Origin: a virus
Lineage: Duplodnaviria > Caudoviricetes
Virus record (IMG/VR): IMGVR_UViG_3300033233_000048
Span: 1 to 56,034 of that record
Length of the DNA stretch: 56,034 nucleotides
Reading direction: 5' to 3' (one strand)
Of the stretch, positions 27,125 through 37,487 are shown piece by piece (within the stretch, counting starts at the first letter, position 1; each line of letters starts with the position of its first letter). The notes under the pieces are model-generated. The model searched no databases. It was not told the origin of the DNA and saw only the letters and a list, made by a program, of their open reading frames with translations. Position numbers and translations under genes: made by a program.

Positions 27125-27717
27125 TGGCTCTCACTAGTATCCAAGCTGTTAGATTAAAGTCATCAGATAAATCTACTATCACTAAAGAAGAAGCAAAGGG
27201 CGATGGTACTAGTAAGTTCTTCAAACTTAGTCATGCGCCAATTCTGAACTCTCCTGATATTGAGGTCAGGAAGAACGATGTATTGCTAGTCAGTGGATAT
27301 ACTATTGATTATACAAATGGTATTGTAACATTCACAACTGCGCCGTTAGTAACTGATGAACTTGAGTTTACCTACTACTGGAGTATCTTCACCGACGCTG
27401 AAGTTCAGTATTTCTTGGATGAATCATCATCTGATATCACGATCGCCACAGCCAGGTTATTGCTTGCCATCGCAGCTGATGCTTCTAAGATTGCTCAACG
27501 ACAATCATTAGCTGGTGGTGGTGGACTTGGTGCTGTAACAATCGACACATCTGTCACCGCCAGAGAACTTAGAAATACAGCTGCTGCTCTTCTAGAACAG
27601 AAGAAACTCGAACAACAGGTTGCTCAACTTGAGCCAGCTGATGGACTCACCGAGCCTCTGTGGACTGAGTTTGGTTATCAGCAACAGCTTGAACAGCATA
27701 TCATTCGGGAGAGTTAG
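27124..27717 (+). CDS. Head-tail adaptor with N-terminal beta domain
   Basis: GDGTSKFFKL..YTIDYTNGIVTFTTAP, then a FTDAEVQYFLD adaptor-like helical domain. Confidence 0.65.
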   Translation: MALTSIQAVRLKSSDKSTITKEEAKGDGTSKFFKLSHAPILNSPDIEVRKNDVLLVSGYTIDYTNGIVTFTTAPLVTDELEFTYYWSIFTDAEVQYFLDESSSDITIATARLLLAIAADASKIAQRQSLAGGGGLGAVTIDTSVTARELRNTAAALLEQKKLEQQVAQLEPADGLTEPLWTEFGYQQQLEQHIIRES

Positions 27718-28254
27718 ATGTATCAGGAGGAGGTGGCTGATCTCACTGCAGTACATCTACGGAGCCATATTGGTGCTCTCCTCAGTTCTGTTTCCACTAT
27801 CTATGCAGATAAGGTTAAACTTCAGAAACCTAAGAGTATAGAAACTGCAAATCTGGTAGGTGGAGTTTATAACGCGAATCCTGATGAAATGCCTGCTTAT
27901 GCAGTAGATATCATTAGTAAAGCTTTCTCTGGGGTATCACCGGAGGGGCTCTGGCTCTATTCCTATGATGGTCATATCGCTGGTGTTATCTCAGGCGGTA
28001 GTGAAGCTACTGTTAATGCAATGATCAAACGACACGAACAAGCAGTAGAAATGTTCGTGAAGAGTCATCAGCATTTACATCAAACTGGTAGCACTCTTGG
28101 TAATGATTTCAAAATCATCGAATTGGGATTCTCTGGTGCCGCTTTCTCGGGAGCCGAACAAGTGAATGCAGCCAATGATCGGGAACTCTGGATTGCTGGA
28201 TTCAGGATTGATCTAGTCTGGATTGTTAGTGAAGATGGCCCCGGAGATTACTGA
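27718..28254 (+). CDS. Tail completion/terminator-like protein
   Basis: Position and size in the neck module. Confidence 0.5.
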   Translation: MYQEEVADLTAVHLRSHIGALLSSVSTIYADKVKLQKPKSIETANLVGGVYNANPDEMPAYAVDIISKAFSGVSPEGLWLYSYDGHIAGVISGGSEATVNAMIKRHEQAVEMFVKSHQHLHQTGSTLGNDFKIIELGFSGAAFSGAEQVNAANDRELWIAGFRIDLVWIVSEDGPGDY

Positions 28255-28874
28255 TGCCAATTATAGGACTTCAGTTTAGAATTGAAGGCGCCAAAAATGC
28301 AGCTGGTAAAGTTCAAGCATTCAATGCTGAAGCTCTCAAGGTAGTTCGTGAGAAAGCTAAGGAACGCGCAAGACAGACTGTCTTCCAGTTCAAGACTCAG
28401 ATGGCTCGTGAATATACAAGTGCTTGGGCTACAGGGATGCTCGCTCAAGGAGTCACTTATCGTACCTTCGTCAGGGGTGATGGGATTGAGGTAAAGTTCT
28501 ATATCGGTGAGAGGAGAGAACTGAGATACATTACAGCTGCTTTGGGCGGTCACTTTCGCCGATTCCCTGTAGGTCCTTTCATCATTCGTCCAATTCCGCC
28601 TAAGAAAGTACTCGCGATTAGGTTTCCTAATTCTGCTGCTCGTCAATTCATTAGAGGTCCAATAGGTGGTAGACTAGCTGGAGCTAAACCTACAAGAGGT
28701 GATGAAGATTATCCTCATGGTATCATCAGAATTAGGCAAGTTCTTTGGGGTAGACGAACAGGAGGGTTTTCACGGGACGTGATTAGTGAAGTAGCAGAAC
28801 AAGAAAGTATCTTATTTGTTCAAGATATGGCAGCAGCGGTTAAGAACGCTGCTGTCAAAGTAACAACTCCATAG
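28254..28874 (+). CDS. Neck protein (HK97 gp10-like)
   Basis: ATGML..G and IIRP..KKVL motifs; basic. Confidence 0.5.
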   Translation: MPIIGLQFRIEGAKNAAGKVQAFNAEALKVVREKAKERARQTVFQFKTQMAREYTSAWATGMLAQGVTYRTFVRGDGIEVKFYIGERRELRYITAALGGHFRRFPVGPFIIRPIPPKKVLAIRFPNSAARQFIRGPIGGRLAGAKPTRGDEDYPHGIIRIRQVLWGRRTGGFSRDVISEVAEQESILFVQDMAAAVKNAAVKVTTP

Positions 28875-28884
28875 GAGGAAACAA

Positions 28885-29511
28885 GTGACTCAAAGGCAGA
28901 TCCTCGAGAACTCAATTGATCTGCTCAAAACACTCAGAGGACCAGCTAAGATTCTTTGGGCAGCATCTGCAGTTGGATTCCCGACATTGATCGAGAATGT
29001 CATTAATCCGAGTACAGGAGCTCCTGGAGCTAGCTGGATTCCATTCGGATTGACACGCGGCGGTGTCAATGTCAGTAAGAACTTAGATATTGCAATTCGT
29101 GATGATGTTGATCAACTCCTTGGAGCTTATGATCAAGATATCGTTGGCCGAGCTTATGTTATCACCTCTCAGTTGGCTGAAGTTATGGGCGACACCACTC
29201 AGCTGGCTGTGGGGATGGATATGGGAGTTGCGAGTGTTGTTGGCACTCTCGCTACGCAGACATTCAGACCGCTGGATGATTCAGATAATAAGACTGAAGA
29301 ACGACGTTGGGCTATCGTATTCCCAAAGGCAACTAATGGTAAGGTTCTCGCATTCGTCTTCCGTCGAGCTGCCATCGCAGGTGGTGAGAAGGTCTTCAGA
29401 TTTGACAAGAATGATCCGGCGAGTCCCCCGCTTGAGATCAGAGCCTTCCCTGAGATTGCTACAACAATCGCACCAGAGCTAGCGTTCGGTGCTCTCTTTG
29501 ATCACGGGTAG
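28885..29511 (+). CDS. Major tail (tube) protein
   Basis: AGGAGG RBS; LRGPAKI, FGLTRGGV, DVDQ; precedes the chaperones. Confidence 0.75.
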   Translation: MTQRQILENSIDLLKTLRGPAKILWAASAVGFPTLIENVINPSTGAPGASWIPFGLTRGGVNVSKNLDIAIRDDVDQLLGAYDQDIVGRAYVITSQLAEVMGDTTQLAVGMDMGVASVVGTLATQTFRPLDDSDNKTEERRWAIVFPKATNGKVLAFVFRRAAIAGGEKVFRFDKNDPASPPLEIRAFPEIATTIAPELAFGALFDHG

Positions 29512-29516
29512 AAGAA

Positions 29517-30047
29517 ATGGATAACAGGCGGCAAGCTTTCCGGCGTGAACCTATCGTAATAGAACTAGATCCCAATTTCTCACTCCCTGTGGATCCTATT
29601 CCGTGGGAACAGAGAACTGATTTTGGTAATGAAGTCGTAAGACAGCATGTTCAGATTCTTAATGAGGCCGTGAAGATCTATGTAGATGAGGACACTGGAC
29701 TTCCACAGCTAGAAGCAAAACTGACTCAGAAGTTCAGTAATCCTTTAGAACTATTTCGTTCTGGTCTACCTGAAGAGACATTCAATCTCTTGAAGGATCT
29801 ACCACTCTACCACAATCAGGTGGTAGAGATTCTTTTGGCGATCTGTGATATCAATGATCTTCCACAACTCAAACCGATGCTTGACCCAAACTCCCAGACC
29901 CCGACGCCACTTGGTGGGATTCTTTCTACTCTGATCGCGCCGGGGGCAGATATTCCGAAGACAGGATCTGGGGAAGACTCCTTACCTCAGGTCTCAGAAG
30001 AGACACCATCAGAACTCTTACCTACCCCGAGCTTAGTTCAATCTTAG
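29517..30047 (+). CDS. Tail assembly chaperone (gpG-like)
   Basis: Between tail tube and TMP; contains a slippery site. Confidence 0.8.
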   Translation: MDNRRQAFRREPIVIELDPNFSLPVDPIPWEQRTDFGNEVVRQHVQILNEAVKIYVDEDTGLPQLEAKLTQKFSNPLELFRSGLPEETFNLLKDLPLYHNQVVEILLAICDINDLPQLKPMLDPNSQTPTPLGGILSTLIAPGADIPKTGSGEDSLPQVSEETPSELLPTPSLVQS

Positions 30048-30211
30048 AAGAAATTGAACTAACAGTCTGGGCTGATAGGAACTGGCATCTAGCACTCAAG
30101 ACTACTAACCCTATAGAATCGTTCAGAGAACTTCAAGAGACTCTTGAGAAAGAAGAGAATCATGTCTCGATTGATGATCTACCAAACAAAGACTGGTTGA
30201 GACAGACGTGA
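29885..30211 (+). CDS. -1 frameshift extension of the tail chaperone (gpGT-like)
   Basis: Slippery C CCA AAC at 29885-29891 is in frame. The -1 frame is open for 108 codons to TGA 30209-30211, which overlaps the TMP GTG. Confidence 0.8.
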   Translation, partial: PKLPDPDATWWDSFYSDRAGGRYSEDRIWGRLLTSGLRRDTIRTLTYPELSSILEEIELTVWADRNWHLALKTTNPIESFRELQETLEKEENHVSIDDLPNKDWLRQT

Positions 30212-32619
30212 GTTTCCCTTCTACTGCTGGTAATCCACGGCTGGGTCAATCTCCAGCAGCTCTTACTTCCCTCGGTGCGGTTGGTGGCCCCCGAGGTGCA
30301 GGTGCTGGCGCTCTTAGAATTCTGGTAGAATTCGCTACTGTTTATGATAAGGAAGCAAGCGAGAGATTACAGAATGATCTACGTCAATTAGATCATGCTG
30401 CGAATAATTCAGCCATTGCTGAAGAAAAACGACAGAACAAATTACTTCAAGTTCGCGGTAAACTGGCCGAGTCTGAAGCTTTATTCAGAGGAAAACTCGA
30501 TACTGCTGGTCGTTCAGAACTTAAAAGAATCGAATCTCTAGCTTCGAGTCGTAGTAAAGCAAACAAAGCAGAAGCCGCGGCTGCTTTGGTGCAATTCAAC
30601 GCTGCTCAGAAAAGTGCCGGATTCACTGATAATGAGTTGAAAATTCTTGGACAGCGTACTGGGTTAAGAAAACGGGAACTTCAGCTTATTGCTCAACAAG
30701 CAGCAGCTGAAGAAGGTCAACACAGAAGGGCTAAATCTAGGTTAGCCGTAGAAGAACAAATCAATAAAGTTCAAGTAGGTAGAGCTTCGCTTGGAGCAAA
30801 ACTTGGTGGTCTTGCTCTTGGCCTCGTCGGTGGGGCGATTGGTGCCGGGCTTATTGGCGGTGCTTTCGCTCTTGCTGGGGCTGGTATTGATCTACTTAGT
30901 CAGAAAGTTCAGGATATTCTTGATCCAGCCCGTCATGCCAAGGAAGCTTTAGTCGATGTAGCTAAAGCTGTAGATAAGATTGCCCAGTCTGAAGGTATCT
31001 CAATCTTAAAGGCGGCTGGTAAGTATCTTGAACAGATAGGATTGCAAGCAGACAATGCAACAAGAGCTCTGCTGGCTAAGTCTGTTCTAGATCAACAAAC
31101 TTTAGATTTACTTAAACAACAGAATATTGCAGCTGAAATTTTCCTTCATTCTAAAGCTCTTGAGAAACAACTAAGGGATGAAGCTAGGGAAGCAATCATC
31201 AAAGAAGCTAAGGCTCTAGGAACTTATCAAGAGATTGTTAATCCTAAGGCACCAAGACGTTCAGTTCAAATTCTCATTGATGGATTAACTCTTGAAGCAG
31301 CTGTTACTAATAGAGTTGGTCAATCAATGGATTATGCGGCTGGAGCTGCTGATCGTTTAAGTGCTGCACAACAAGCATTAGCACTTGGTGCTGCCAGAGC
31401 TTCTCTTGGTCAAGAACTTCTTGCGAACGCGATTCAACGGCTCACTGAATCTCAAACGGCCCCGCTCCAAGCACAGATAGATGCTCTTTCAATCGAACCA
31501 AGTGCTAGAACTAAGCAACTTGAAGCAGCACTTGAACGTGCTTCAGGGGGTGGAACTTCTACTCAACTTCGCAACATTGCCGAAGAACGCGCCCTTATTC
31601 TTCTTAGACAACGATTACGTCTCTTAGGTGCTGCAGTTGATCTCGAGAAGTATAGTGGTAAATTCTTACTCGAAGCAATAAATGCTAAGATCAATGCACT
31701 CCAAAAAGAAGGCCAAGCTCAAGAGCGATTGAATCAGTTGCTTGACCTCCAGTTCCGCATGTCTCAGACGATCAAACGCCAACAAGGTGAGTCTATTGCT
31801 GACTTCCTTGGTCGTCGAGCACAAGAGAATAGACACCTTCTCGCTGAACAAGCTAACTTAGAACGACAACAAAAGATTGATAGTCTTGAGCTGCTGCGTG
31901 ATAAAGTCCAAGATGAAGTAGCTCTGGCAGAGAACGCCGAACAGAGAAAGAATGTTATAGCCGCAGCTGGTGCTACTGCTAGACAGAAACTTCTTCAGAA
32001 GGAACTTGAAGCTTCTAAGAAACATGACAAAGAAGTATATGAGGCGCAGAAGAAGGCTCTCGAAGATCAGAAAGCAGCTATAAAGGAAGCTGGTAACGAA
32101 TCACTCAGATTACTTTCAGAGTCTGAATTAGAAAAAACTAAGATCACTCTCATTGCTGCATTCAACGCACAACAGCTCGCTAGAGTTCAAGGTCGTATTC
32201 AAGGATATACTACAGCGAAAGCAATATTGGAAGCAATGGCAGAAGCTTTCATACTTCCTGATTTCATGGTTAGACCTCTTCTTGATAAGATAGATGCATT
32301 ATTGAATACTTACAGACAGAAAAGTAATCTCTTTAATCAGCCACCTATTCCTGGGGTGGGTATTCGACCATTCGCCCATGGTGGAGTTTTCCAGCTCAAC
32401 AACGCCTCTACTCAATTCGGTTCTAACATCAGAACTGGTGAGCAAGGAACAGAACTCGGCGTGGTTCTTTCACATCGAGTAGCTGCTATTTTACAGAAAC
32501 AGAAAGGTGGTCCTAATCAAATTGGGCCATTCAATCTCTATGGATCACAAGATCCACTCCGTGATAAGTATGCTTTTAAGCGCCTCGTGAAAGAAGCTGT
32601 TTCGGAGGCTCTTGCATGA
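30208..32619 (+). CDS. Tape measure protein
   Basis: 803 aa Ala/Gln/Leu-rich helical protein; Gly-rich hydrophobic segment; C-terminal FAHGG..GEQGTE. Confidence 0.85.
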   Translation: MSFPSTAGNPRLGQSPAALTSLGAVGGPRGAGAGALRILVEFATVYDKEASERLQNDLRQLDHAANNSAIAEEKRQNKLLQVRGKLAESEALFRGKLDTAGRSELKRIESLASSRSKANKAEAAAALVQFNAAQKSAGFTDNELKILGQRTGLRKRELQLIAQQAAAEEGQHRRAKSRLAVEEQINKVQVGRASLGAKLGGLALGLVGGAIGAGLIGGAFALAGAGIDLLSQKVQDILDPARHAKEALVDVAKAVDKIAQSEGISILKAAGKYLEQIGLQADNATRALLAKSVLDQQTLDLLKQQNIAAEIFLHSKALEKQLRDEAREAIIKEAKALGTYQEIVNPKAPRRSVQILIDGLTLEAAVTNRVGQSMDYAAGAADRLSAAQQALALGAARASLGQELLANAIQRLTESQTAPLQAQIDALSIEPSARTKQLEAALERASGGGTSTQLRNIAEERALILLRQRLRLLGAAVDLEKYSGKFLLEAINAKINALQKEGQAQERLNQLLDLQFRMSQTIKRQQGESIADFLGRRAQENRHLLAEQANLERQQKIDSLELLRDKVQDEVALAENAEQRKNVIAAAGATARQKLLQKELEASKKHDKEVYEAQKKALEDQKAAIKEAGNESLRLLSESELEKTKITLIAAFNAQQLARVQGRIQGYTTAKAILEAMAEAFILPDFMVRPLLDKIDALLNTYRQKSNLFNQPPIPGVGIRPFAHGGVFQLNNASTQFGSNIRTGEQGTELGVVLSHRVAAILQKQKGGPNQIGPFNLYGSQDPLRDKYAFKRLVKEAVSEALA

Positions 32620-33056
32620 ACCCGAATCTGGTTGTTCTTTCCCATGCCACTTACGTTGGAGCTTCTGGAGCTACTGCAGCTGCTACGCATTCTTTCTTCA
32701 CTAAGGACTATAAACCGCCCGCCGAAGAACGCTTCGTGGGAGTAGATGAGGTTAAGAATCAGAATGGTAAATTCAAATATGTATATGACAACGGCCCAGG
32801 TTTCAGGATTTGGTCGCCTTTCTCTGTGGTATGTGAAGAGAAATTCACTGATTTAGGTAGTGCCCAAACACAATACGATAATCTGCGTAAGTTCTGGAAT
32901 CATCCTGGCTTACTGGGGATGAAAGCTCCTGATGGAATATACACTATCCATTGGACGGCTAATCCAATGGAAAAGAATTTCCGAGTCTTCCCAGTAGTCG
33001 CCGGTGCTACATCTATCGAGTATGAAGTAGTTGTCCAGTTTGAGGAAGCATCATGA
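32616..33056 (+). CDS. Distal tail-like protein
   Basis: Immediately after the TMP. Confidence 0.55.
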   Translation: MNPNLVVLSHATYVGASGATAAATHSFFTKDYKPPAEERFVGVDEVKNQNGKFKYVYDNGPGFRIWSPFSVVCEEKFTDLGSAQTQYDNLRKFWNHPGLLGMKAPDGIYTIHWTANPMEKNFRVFPVVAGATSIEYEVVVQFEEAS

Positions 33057-33742
33057 GTGGTCAATCCAACTTCCCGACTTCTGTGGATGACGATACTTCA
33101 CTATTTGATGTAACGGATGGTACTAGTACTTTGATTGCTAGTCATCACAATAACATCAAAGAAGCAGTTAAGGCGATCGAGCAGAAAGTCGGCATTTATA
33201 GTACCGCAGCACCGACTACTATTGATTACCGCCTTGGTAATCCGACAGATAGCCACAGACATGATGGAGCATCTGGGCATGGACGCAAGATAGATCCAAC
33301 GAACATCGTAGTTCCATCCGGTGGTTTTCCGTCTGGATTATCACTATATGACCACTTCCTTGACACTCAGATCCATAACCCATCCGGTGGTCGGAGATTC
33401 ACAGAAACGATCCATCTGCATGGCAGCGCAGTAGTTGGATCTAATGTGGCAGCCCCTGTGACTTTTGGCCGTTCGATGCAGATTGAAAATATCTCTGGTG
33501 TTCTTCGTCGTGGTCCTAGCGGTGCAACAACCGCATTTGATCTCATGATTGGCCCGACTTCAATTTATCAAGCATCACAACTATTCAGACCGATCTTTCC
33601 AGCAGGTGTAACATATTACGGTAATGCTAGTCCGAATCTCATTACTTATCCATCTGGTGGAATTATTACTTTAGATGTTGATGCTGTTGGATCTAATGAT
33701 CCCGGTCAAGATCTAACAATTGCTTTCGTTTTCCGAGACTAA
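33053..33742 (+). CDS. Minor tail/fibre-associated protein
   Basis: SNFPTSVD, ASHHNNIKEAVKAIE.KVG; C-terminal DVDAVGSNDPGQDLTI. Confidence 0.6.
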   Translation: MSGQSNFPTSVDDDTSLFDVTDGTSTLIASHHNNIKEAVKAIEQKVGIYSTAAPTTIDYRLGNPTDSHRHDGASGHGRKIDPTNIVVPSGGFPSGLSLYDHFLDTQIHNPSGGRRFTETIHLHGSAVVGSNVAAPVTFGRSMQIENISGVLRRGPSGATTAFDLMIGPTSIYQASQLFRPIFPAGVTYYGNASPNLITYPSGGIITLDVDAVGSNDPGQDLTIAFVFRD

Positions 33743-33743
33743 G

Positions 33744-36323
33744 ATGCCGATTACTACTTACAATGATGGATCTAAATACGGTGATGCTGATGCGATTTAT
33801 GGACGAATCTCTACAGATTTAGTGGTTGCTCAAAACAGTCAAGCCAGAGAAACTGGTTTGAAAGTTACTGTGATAGATGATAGATCGAATGCTTGGGAAT
33901 ATTTCATCGGTACTGATCTTAACGCCCGTGAATTATTCATCTCGACTAATAAGAACCCGCCTGCTGATAATCAGGGATATTGGTCTTATCGCCTTGGGGC
34001 TTCTATGATAAAGCTCAGTGGCGGTAAAATCATCCGTATTCGTAATGGAGATGGGTCACTGGGTGATCGACAAGTCTATGTTCAAGAGATTACCGACCCA
34101 ACGGTAGCTTCTCAATGGACGAGTTGGAGTCTTCTTTACAGTGGTAATCATTACGGGATTGCACTTCAGGAAGCTACATCAACAACCTATGATGTTTTCT
34201 CAGCGAAGTCTGATGGACTTTATAAGAACAATTCTAAGAAATGGGATAAAACTGGACTTATCGCTATTTATCCAGTTGTTGGACAGAAAGACGCATTATT
34301 CGTTCTGAGAGTTTCAACTGATCCTATTGAAGGCCCTCCCTACAGAGATCTCGATCTATTCTACACTGACAATATAGAGGTAACTGCACCTACAGCGGAT
34401 CCTGTCAATTATAGATGGTACCGTAATAGCATCTCTGCGATGAAACTAAGTGATGGTAGAGTTGCTAGAGTTCAAGCGATGGGGCTGTACCAATCACCCC
34501 GTGTTAGAAACAATGGTGATTCAATTACTGTCGCTTTCAATAAGGACGTTTCTACTAATATTCCAAGTGAACCACGATTAATTAGAGGTTTAGCTGGTCA
34601 AGTCGGCCACAATACAATCACTTGGCCCAAGTTATTTCAACTTTCTGATGGGTTTTATTATCTATTCTATTCAGAAACTCATGCGGATAATGACTACGAT
34701 GCTATTTCTAACTTCTTAACATCTCCAGCATGGCAACGTTCCAAGAATCTGTTACATTGGTCAGAACCTGTACCAGCTCCAATTGGCGGTGGGTGGGGCT
34801 TCGCTGGGGTTGTTGAAGCAAGTGGGTATGTATGGTTCGCTGGGAATGGGTCTGTTTACCGCCGCCCATCTACTTCAGTCTCCTATGATATCAGTAACTA
34901 CGTACCACAACTTCAATTCGATATCCCCAGAGATAATCAACCTGGAAATGGTAGTTTCCCTGTGGCAAATCTCGCTGGAATTAATGATACTATCCTCGGT
35001 TTAACAGATCGAAAAGTCAAGATTGAAGTTGGTATCAAAACTGCTACTGGATTGTTTGAGTTCGCTCAATTCAACGATTGGTGGGTCAGGAATGTATCGC
35101 GGCAAATTGATGGGGAAGCTCAGAGACTACAACTTGAGTTCGGTGATCTCTGGTTCAGATTAGAGAATCTACTTCGAGATACTTACAACTTTGTCGGTAA
35201 ACTTGACTGGCAAGATTGGGCGGAGGGAAAACGGAACAAGAAGTTTAACTATTATGGGGCTGGTTCAGCTATAGAAACTGCTGATTTCCGTTTGAAAACT
35301 AGTGGACTCATTCTTTATACTGGCTGGAAAGGTCATAACCCATTAACTGAAATTCAATTCAATGCTACTATCAGTGGTGATACGCCGGCTTTAGTTTATA
35401 GATACAAAGATTCTAAGAATTACTACAAAGCTGAATTAGATGGAACTAATCTTAATCTCATTAGAAAACGAGATGATGTTGATTCAACCTTAGCTACTGT
35501 AGCTGTAACGGCTGATTCGACCCCTAATATTCGTGTAGAAGTTATCTGGGCAATTCATAAGATCTATCTGAATGGTGTTCTAAAGATTACACATACAGAA
35601 ACTGTACCGGGAGCCGATCCTGGTTATGTAGGTTTTAGAGGCACTAAAGCCTATACTATTTCTAACTTCTTACTCACCGATTGGGAAACCGCATATACCA
35701 CTGAGGATCTTATTAGAGTCGCTCTTGCGATGGGTGATTATCATGATGCGAAAGTTGCTGGCGGTGGAGATAGACAGCTTGCTATCATCTGGGGTCCACA
35801 GACGGATATTCCATCCGCTGCTGATGGGTTACGTTTCTCTCTAGAATCAGCGAAACTTCAAATGATCTGGCGTGATGGATTTATTGAGGTTGGTAAGTTC
35901 ACAGATAAATCTATCGTTAAAACAATTCAAGATCGGATCATTAGTACAGAACATTCCGAAAGTGCTGATCGTAGAATTAATGTGGCTGTTATAGACGGGA
36001 ATGAGCACAGTTGGATTGAACTAGACGATGCTGATCTAATTCTTCGTAGTCGTGCTTTGAATGGTTATTTCGATTTGCCTGAGTTACTTGATCAATCAGC
36101 AGTCACAGCTAGAGCCCAAGAAGAAATCAGGCGTGGAAAACTAGGATCAGCCCCTGGTGGTTCAGTTGTTCTATTTTTAGATCTTTGGCGAATGGACGCC
36201 GTAACTTGGATTGATAATATCGGTAATTCAAAAGATGTACGGATCGAGGGGATGGTAGTAGATGTTAATCAAAGTAGTGAACCTCATCAACGAATGAACA
36301 TTGATACGAGTTTATTAGCATGA
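33744..36323 (+). CDS. Large tail tip/hub protein
   Basis: About 860 aa, beta-rich, with a lectin-like insert; tail-module position. Confidence 0.65.
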   Translation: MPITTYNDGSKYGDADAIYGRISTDLVVAQNSQARETGLKVTVIDDRSNAWEYFIGTDLNARELFISTNKNPPADNQGYWSYRLGASMIKLSGGKIIRIRNGDGSLGDRQVYVQEITDPTVASQWTSWSLLYSGNHYGIALQEATSTTYDVFSAKSDGLYKNNSKKWDKTGLIAIYPVVGQKDALFVLRVSTDPIEGPPYRDLDLFYTDNIEVTAPTADPVNYRWYRNSISAMKLSDGRVARVQAMGLYQSPRVRNNGDSITVAFNKDVSTNIPSEPRLIRGLAGQVGHNTITWPKLFQLSDGFYYLFYSETHADNDYDAISNFLTSPAWQRSKNLLHWSEPVPAPIGGGWGFAGVVEASGYVWFAGNGSVYRRPSTSVSYDISNYVPQLQFDIPRDNQPGNGSFPVANLAGINDTILGLTDRKVKIEVGIKTATGLFEFAQFNDWWVRNVSRQIDGEAQRLQLEFGDLWFRLENLLRDTYNFVGKLDWQDWAEGKRNKKFNYYGAGSAIETADFRLKTSGLILYTGWKGHNPLTEIQFNATISGDTPALVYRYKDSKNYYKAELDGTNLNLIRKRDDVDSTLATVAVTADSTPNIRVEVIWAIHKIYLNGVLKITHTETVPGADPGYVGFRGTKAYTISNFLLTDWETAYTTEDLIRVALAMGDYHDAKVAGGGDRQLAIIWGPQTDIPSAADGLRFSLESAKLQMIWRDGFIEVGKFTDKSIVKTIQDRIISTEHSESADRRINVAVIDGNEHSWIELDDADLILRSRALNGYFDLPELLDQSAVTARAQEEIRRGKLGSAPGGSVVLFLDLWRMDAVTWIDNIGNSKDVRIEGMVVDVNQSSEPHQRMNIDTSLLA

Positions 36324-36592
36324 AGCGGATAGTTAACCCTAATAGAAGATTACAAGAGATCAGCCAGACTCAAAATAGACAACGAGCTCATAGAGGATAT
36401 CTAGTAGAAAACTATGATGGGATTGGACAATACATACTCGTGGCATTATCTCGAGGTTCTACTGCTTCAGCATATAAAGCTAGAATAGCTTCTGGGGATT
36501 TTGGAACTGGACAGGTTATACCAGTTGGAACTCCAGTGATCGTTACCAGTATCAGAGGTCAGATAGAAATCTTATCAATGGGCGCTAAATGA
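36320..36592 (+). CDS. Small tail-tip protein (paralogue of the next gene N-terminus)
   Basis: HRGYL.E.YDGIGQY..V.L.RGST..AYKARIA.GDFG shared with 36589..37476. Confidence 0.75.
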   Translation: MKRIVNPNRRLQEISQTQNRQRAHRGYLVENYDGIGQYILVALSRGSTASAYKARIASGDFGTGQVIPVGTPVIVTSIRGQIEILSMGAK

Positions 36593-37476
36593 AGACTCGA
36601 AAATCTATTCCTGAACTCCTTAAATTACCACAAAGAATTCATAGGGGGTATTTGGCTGAAGCCTATGATGGGATCGGCCAATATGTGATGGTTACTTTGA
36701 CGAGGGGTTCTACCTCAGCGGCGTATAAGGCTAGAATTGCCGCCGGAGATTTCGGGGGTGGAAGAACTTTCCCAGTTGGAACTCCAGTACCAGTCTTCTC
36801 TATTCGTGGTCAATTAGAAATTCTACTTGGTAATCTACCAGGTTGTTTCCCTAATGCTCGTGGAAAGGTCATCGATTCATTCAGTCGAGTAGAATCTAAC
36901 GGCTTAGGAATTTCTAATTGGGGCTCTACATGGGATGGAACAGGAACTTATGACAATGCTAGATTAACAGCAGATGGTAATAATGCCGTCTTTGATCGAA
37001 GTTTACCTGGTTACGTTGATACTAATTTATGGTATGATGATACTGTTAATCCAAAACTTGGATGGCCTCTACCGCAAGATATCTATTGGTTCTTAGAACA
37101 TGAAGGTCCAATCGATCCAGCTTATGGGTTGAATCTGAGATTCAGTAATACAGTATATGTAAGTTTTTTTAATAGAGCTTTTAGTCCACCTTTCTTCCCA
37201 GGCGCGCAAGTTAACTGGCAAGATTCGAGTTTTAATACCCATACTTATGATGACCCATTCAACTGGTCAATAACAAAATGGGCTTTTAGAATACAGATAG
37301 AATTAGATCAAGTTTCTTACAAACGTTGGGATAGTAGTCTACCTGAACCAGATTGGATGTCAGTACTCTCCGCCACTGGGATAGGAGATGAGTTACCTTT
37401 GGATTGGGAATTCTCTAGTAATGCTAAAGTAGCCGGGGAGATCTGGAAATGTGATTGTATGCAACTGGCCCAATAG
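36589..37476 (+). CDS. Tail-tip/receptor-binding-like protein
   Basis: Shared N-terminal domain plus a C-terminal DSFSR..KRW....EP.W lectin-like domain; last structural gene. Confidence 0.6.
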   Translation: MKTRKSIPELLKLPQRIHRGYLAEAYDGIGQYVMVTLTRGSTSAAYKARIAAGDFGGGRTFPVGTPVPVFSIRGQLEILLGNLPGCFPNARGKVIDSFSRVESNGLGISNWGSTWDGTGTYDNARLTADGNNAVFDRSLPGYVDTNLWYDDTVNPKLGWPLPQDIYWFLEHEGPIDPAYGLNLRFSNTVYVSFFNRAFSPPFFPGAQVNWQDSSFNTHTYDDPFNWSITKWAFRIQIELDQVSYKRWDSSLPEPDWMSVLSATGIGDELPLDWEFSSNAKVAGEIWKCDCMQLAQ

Positions 37477-37487
37477 AATATCATAAT

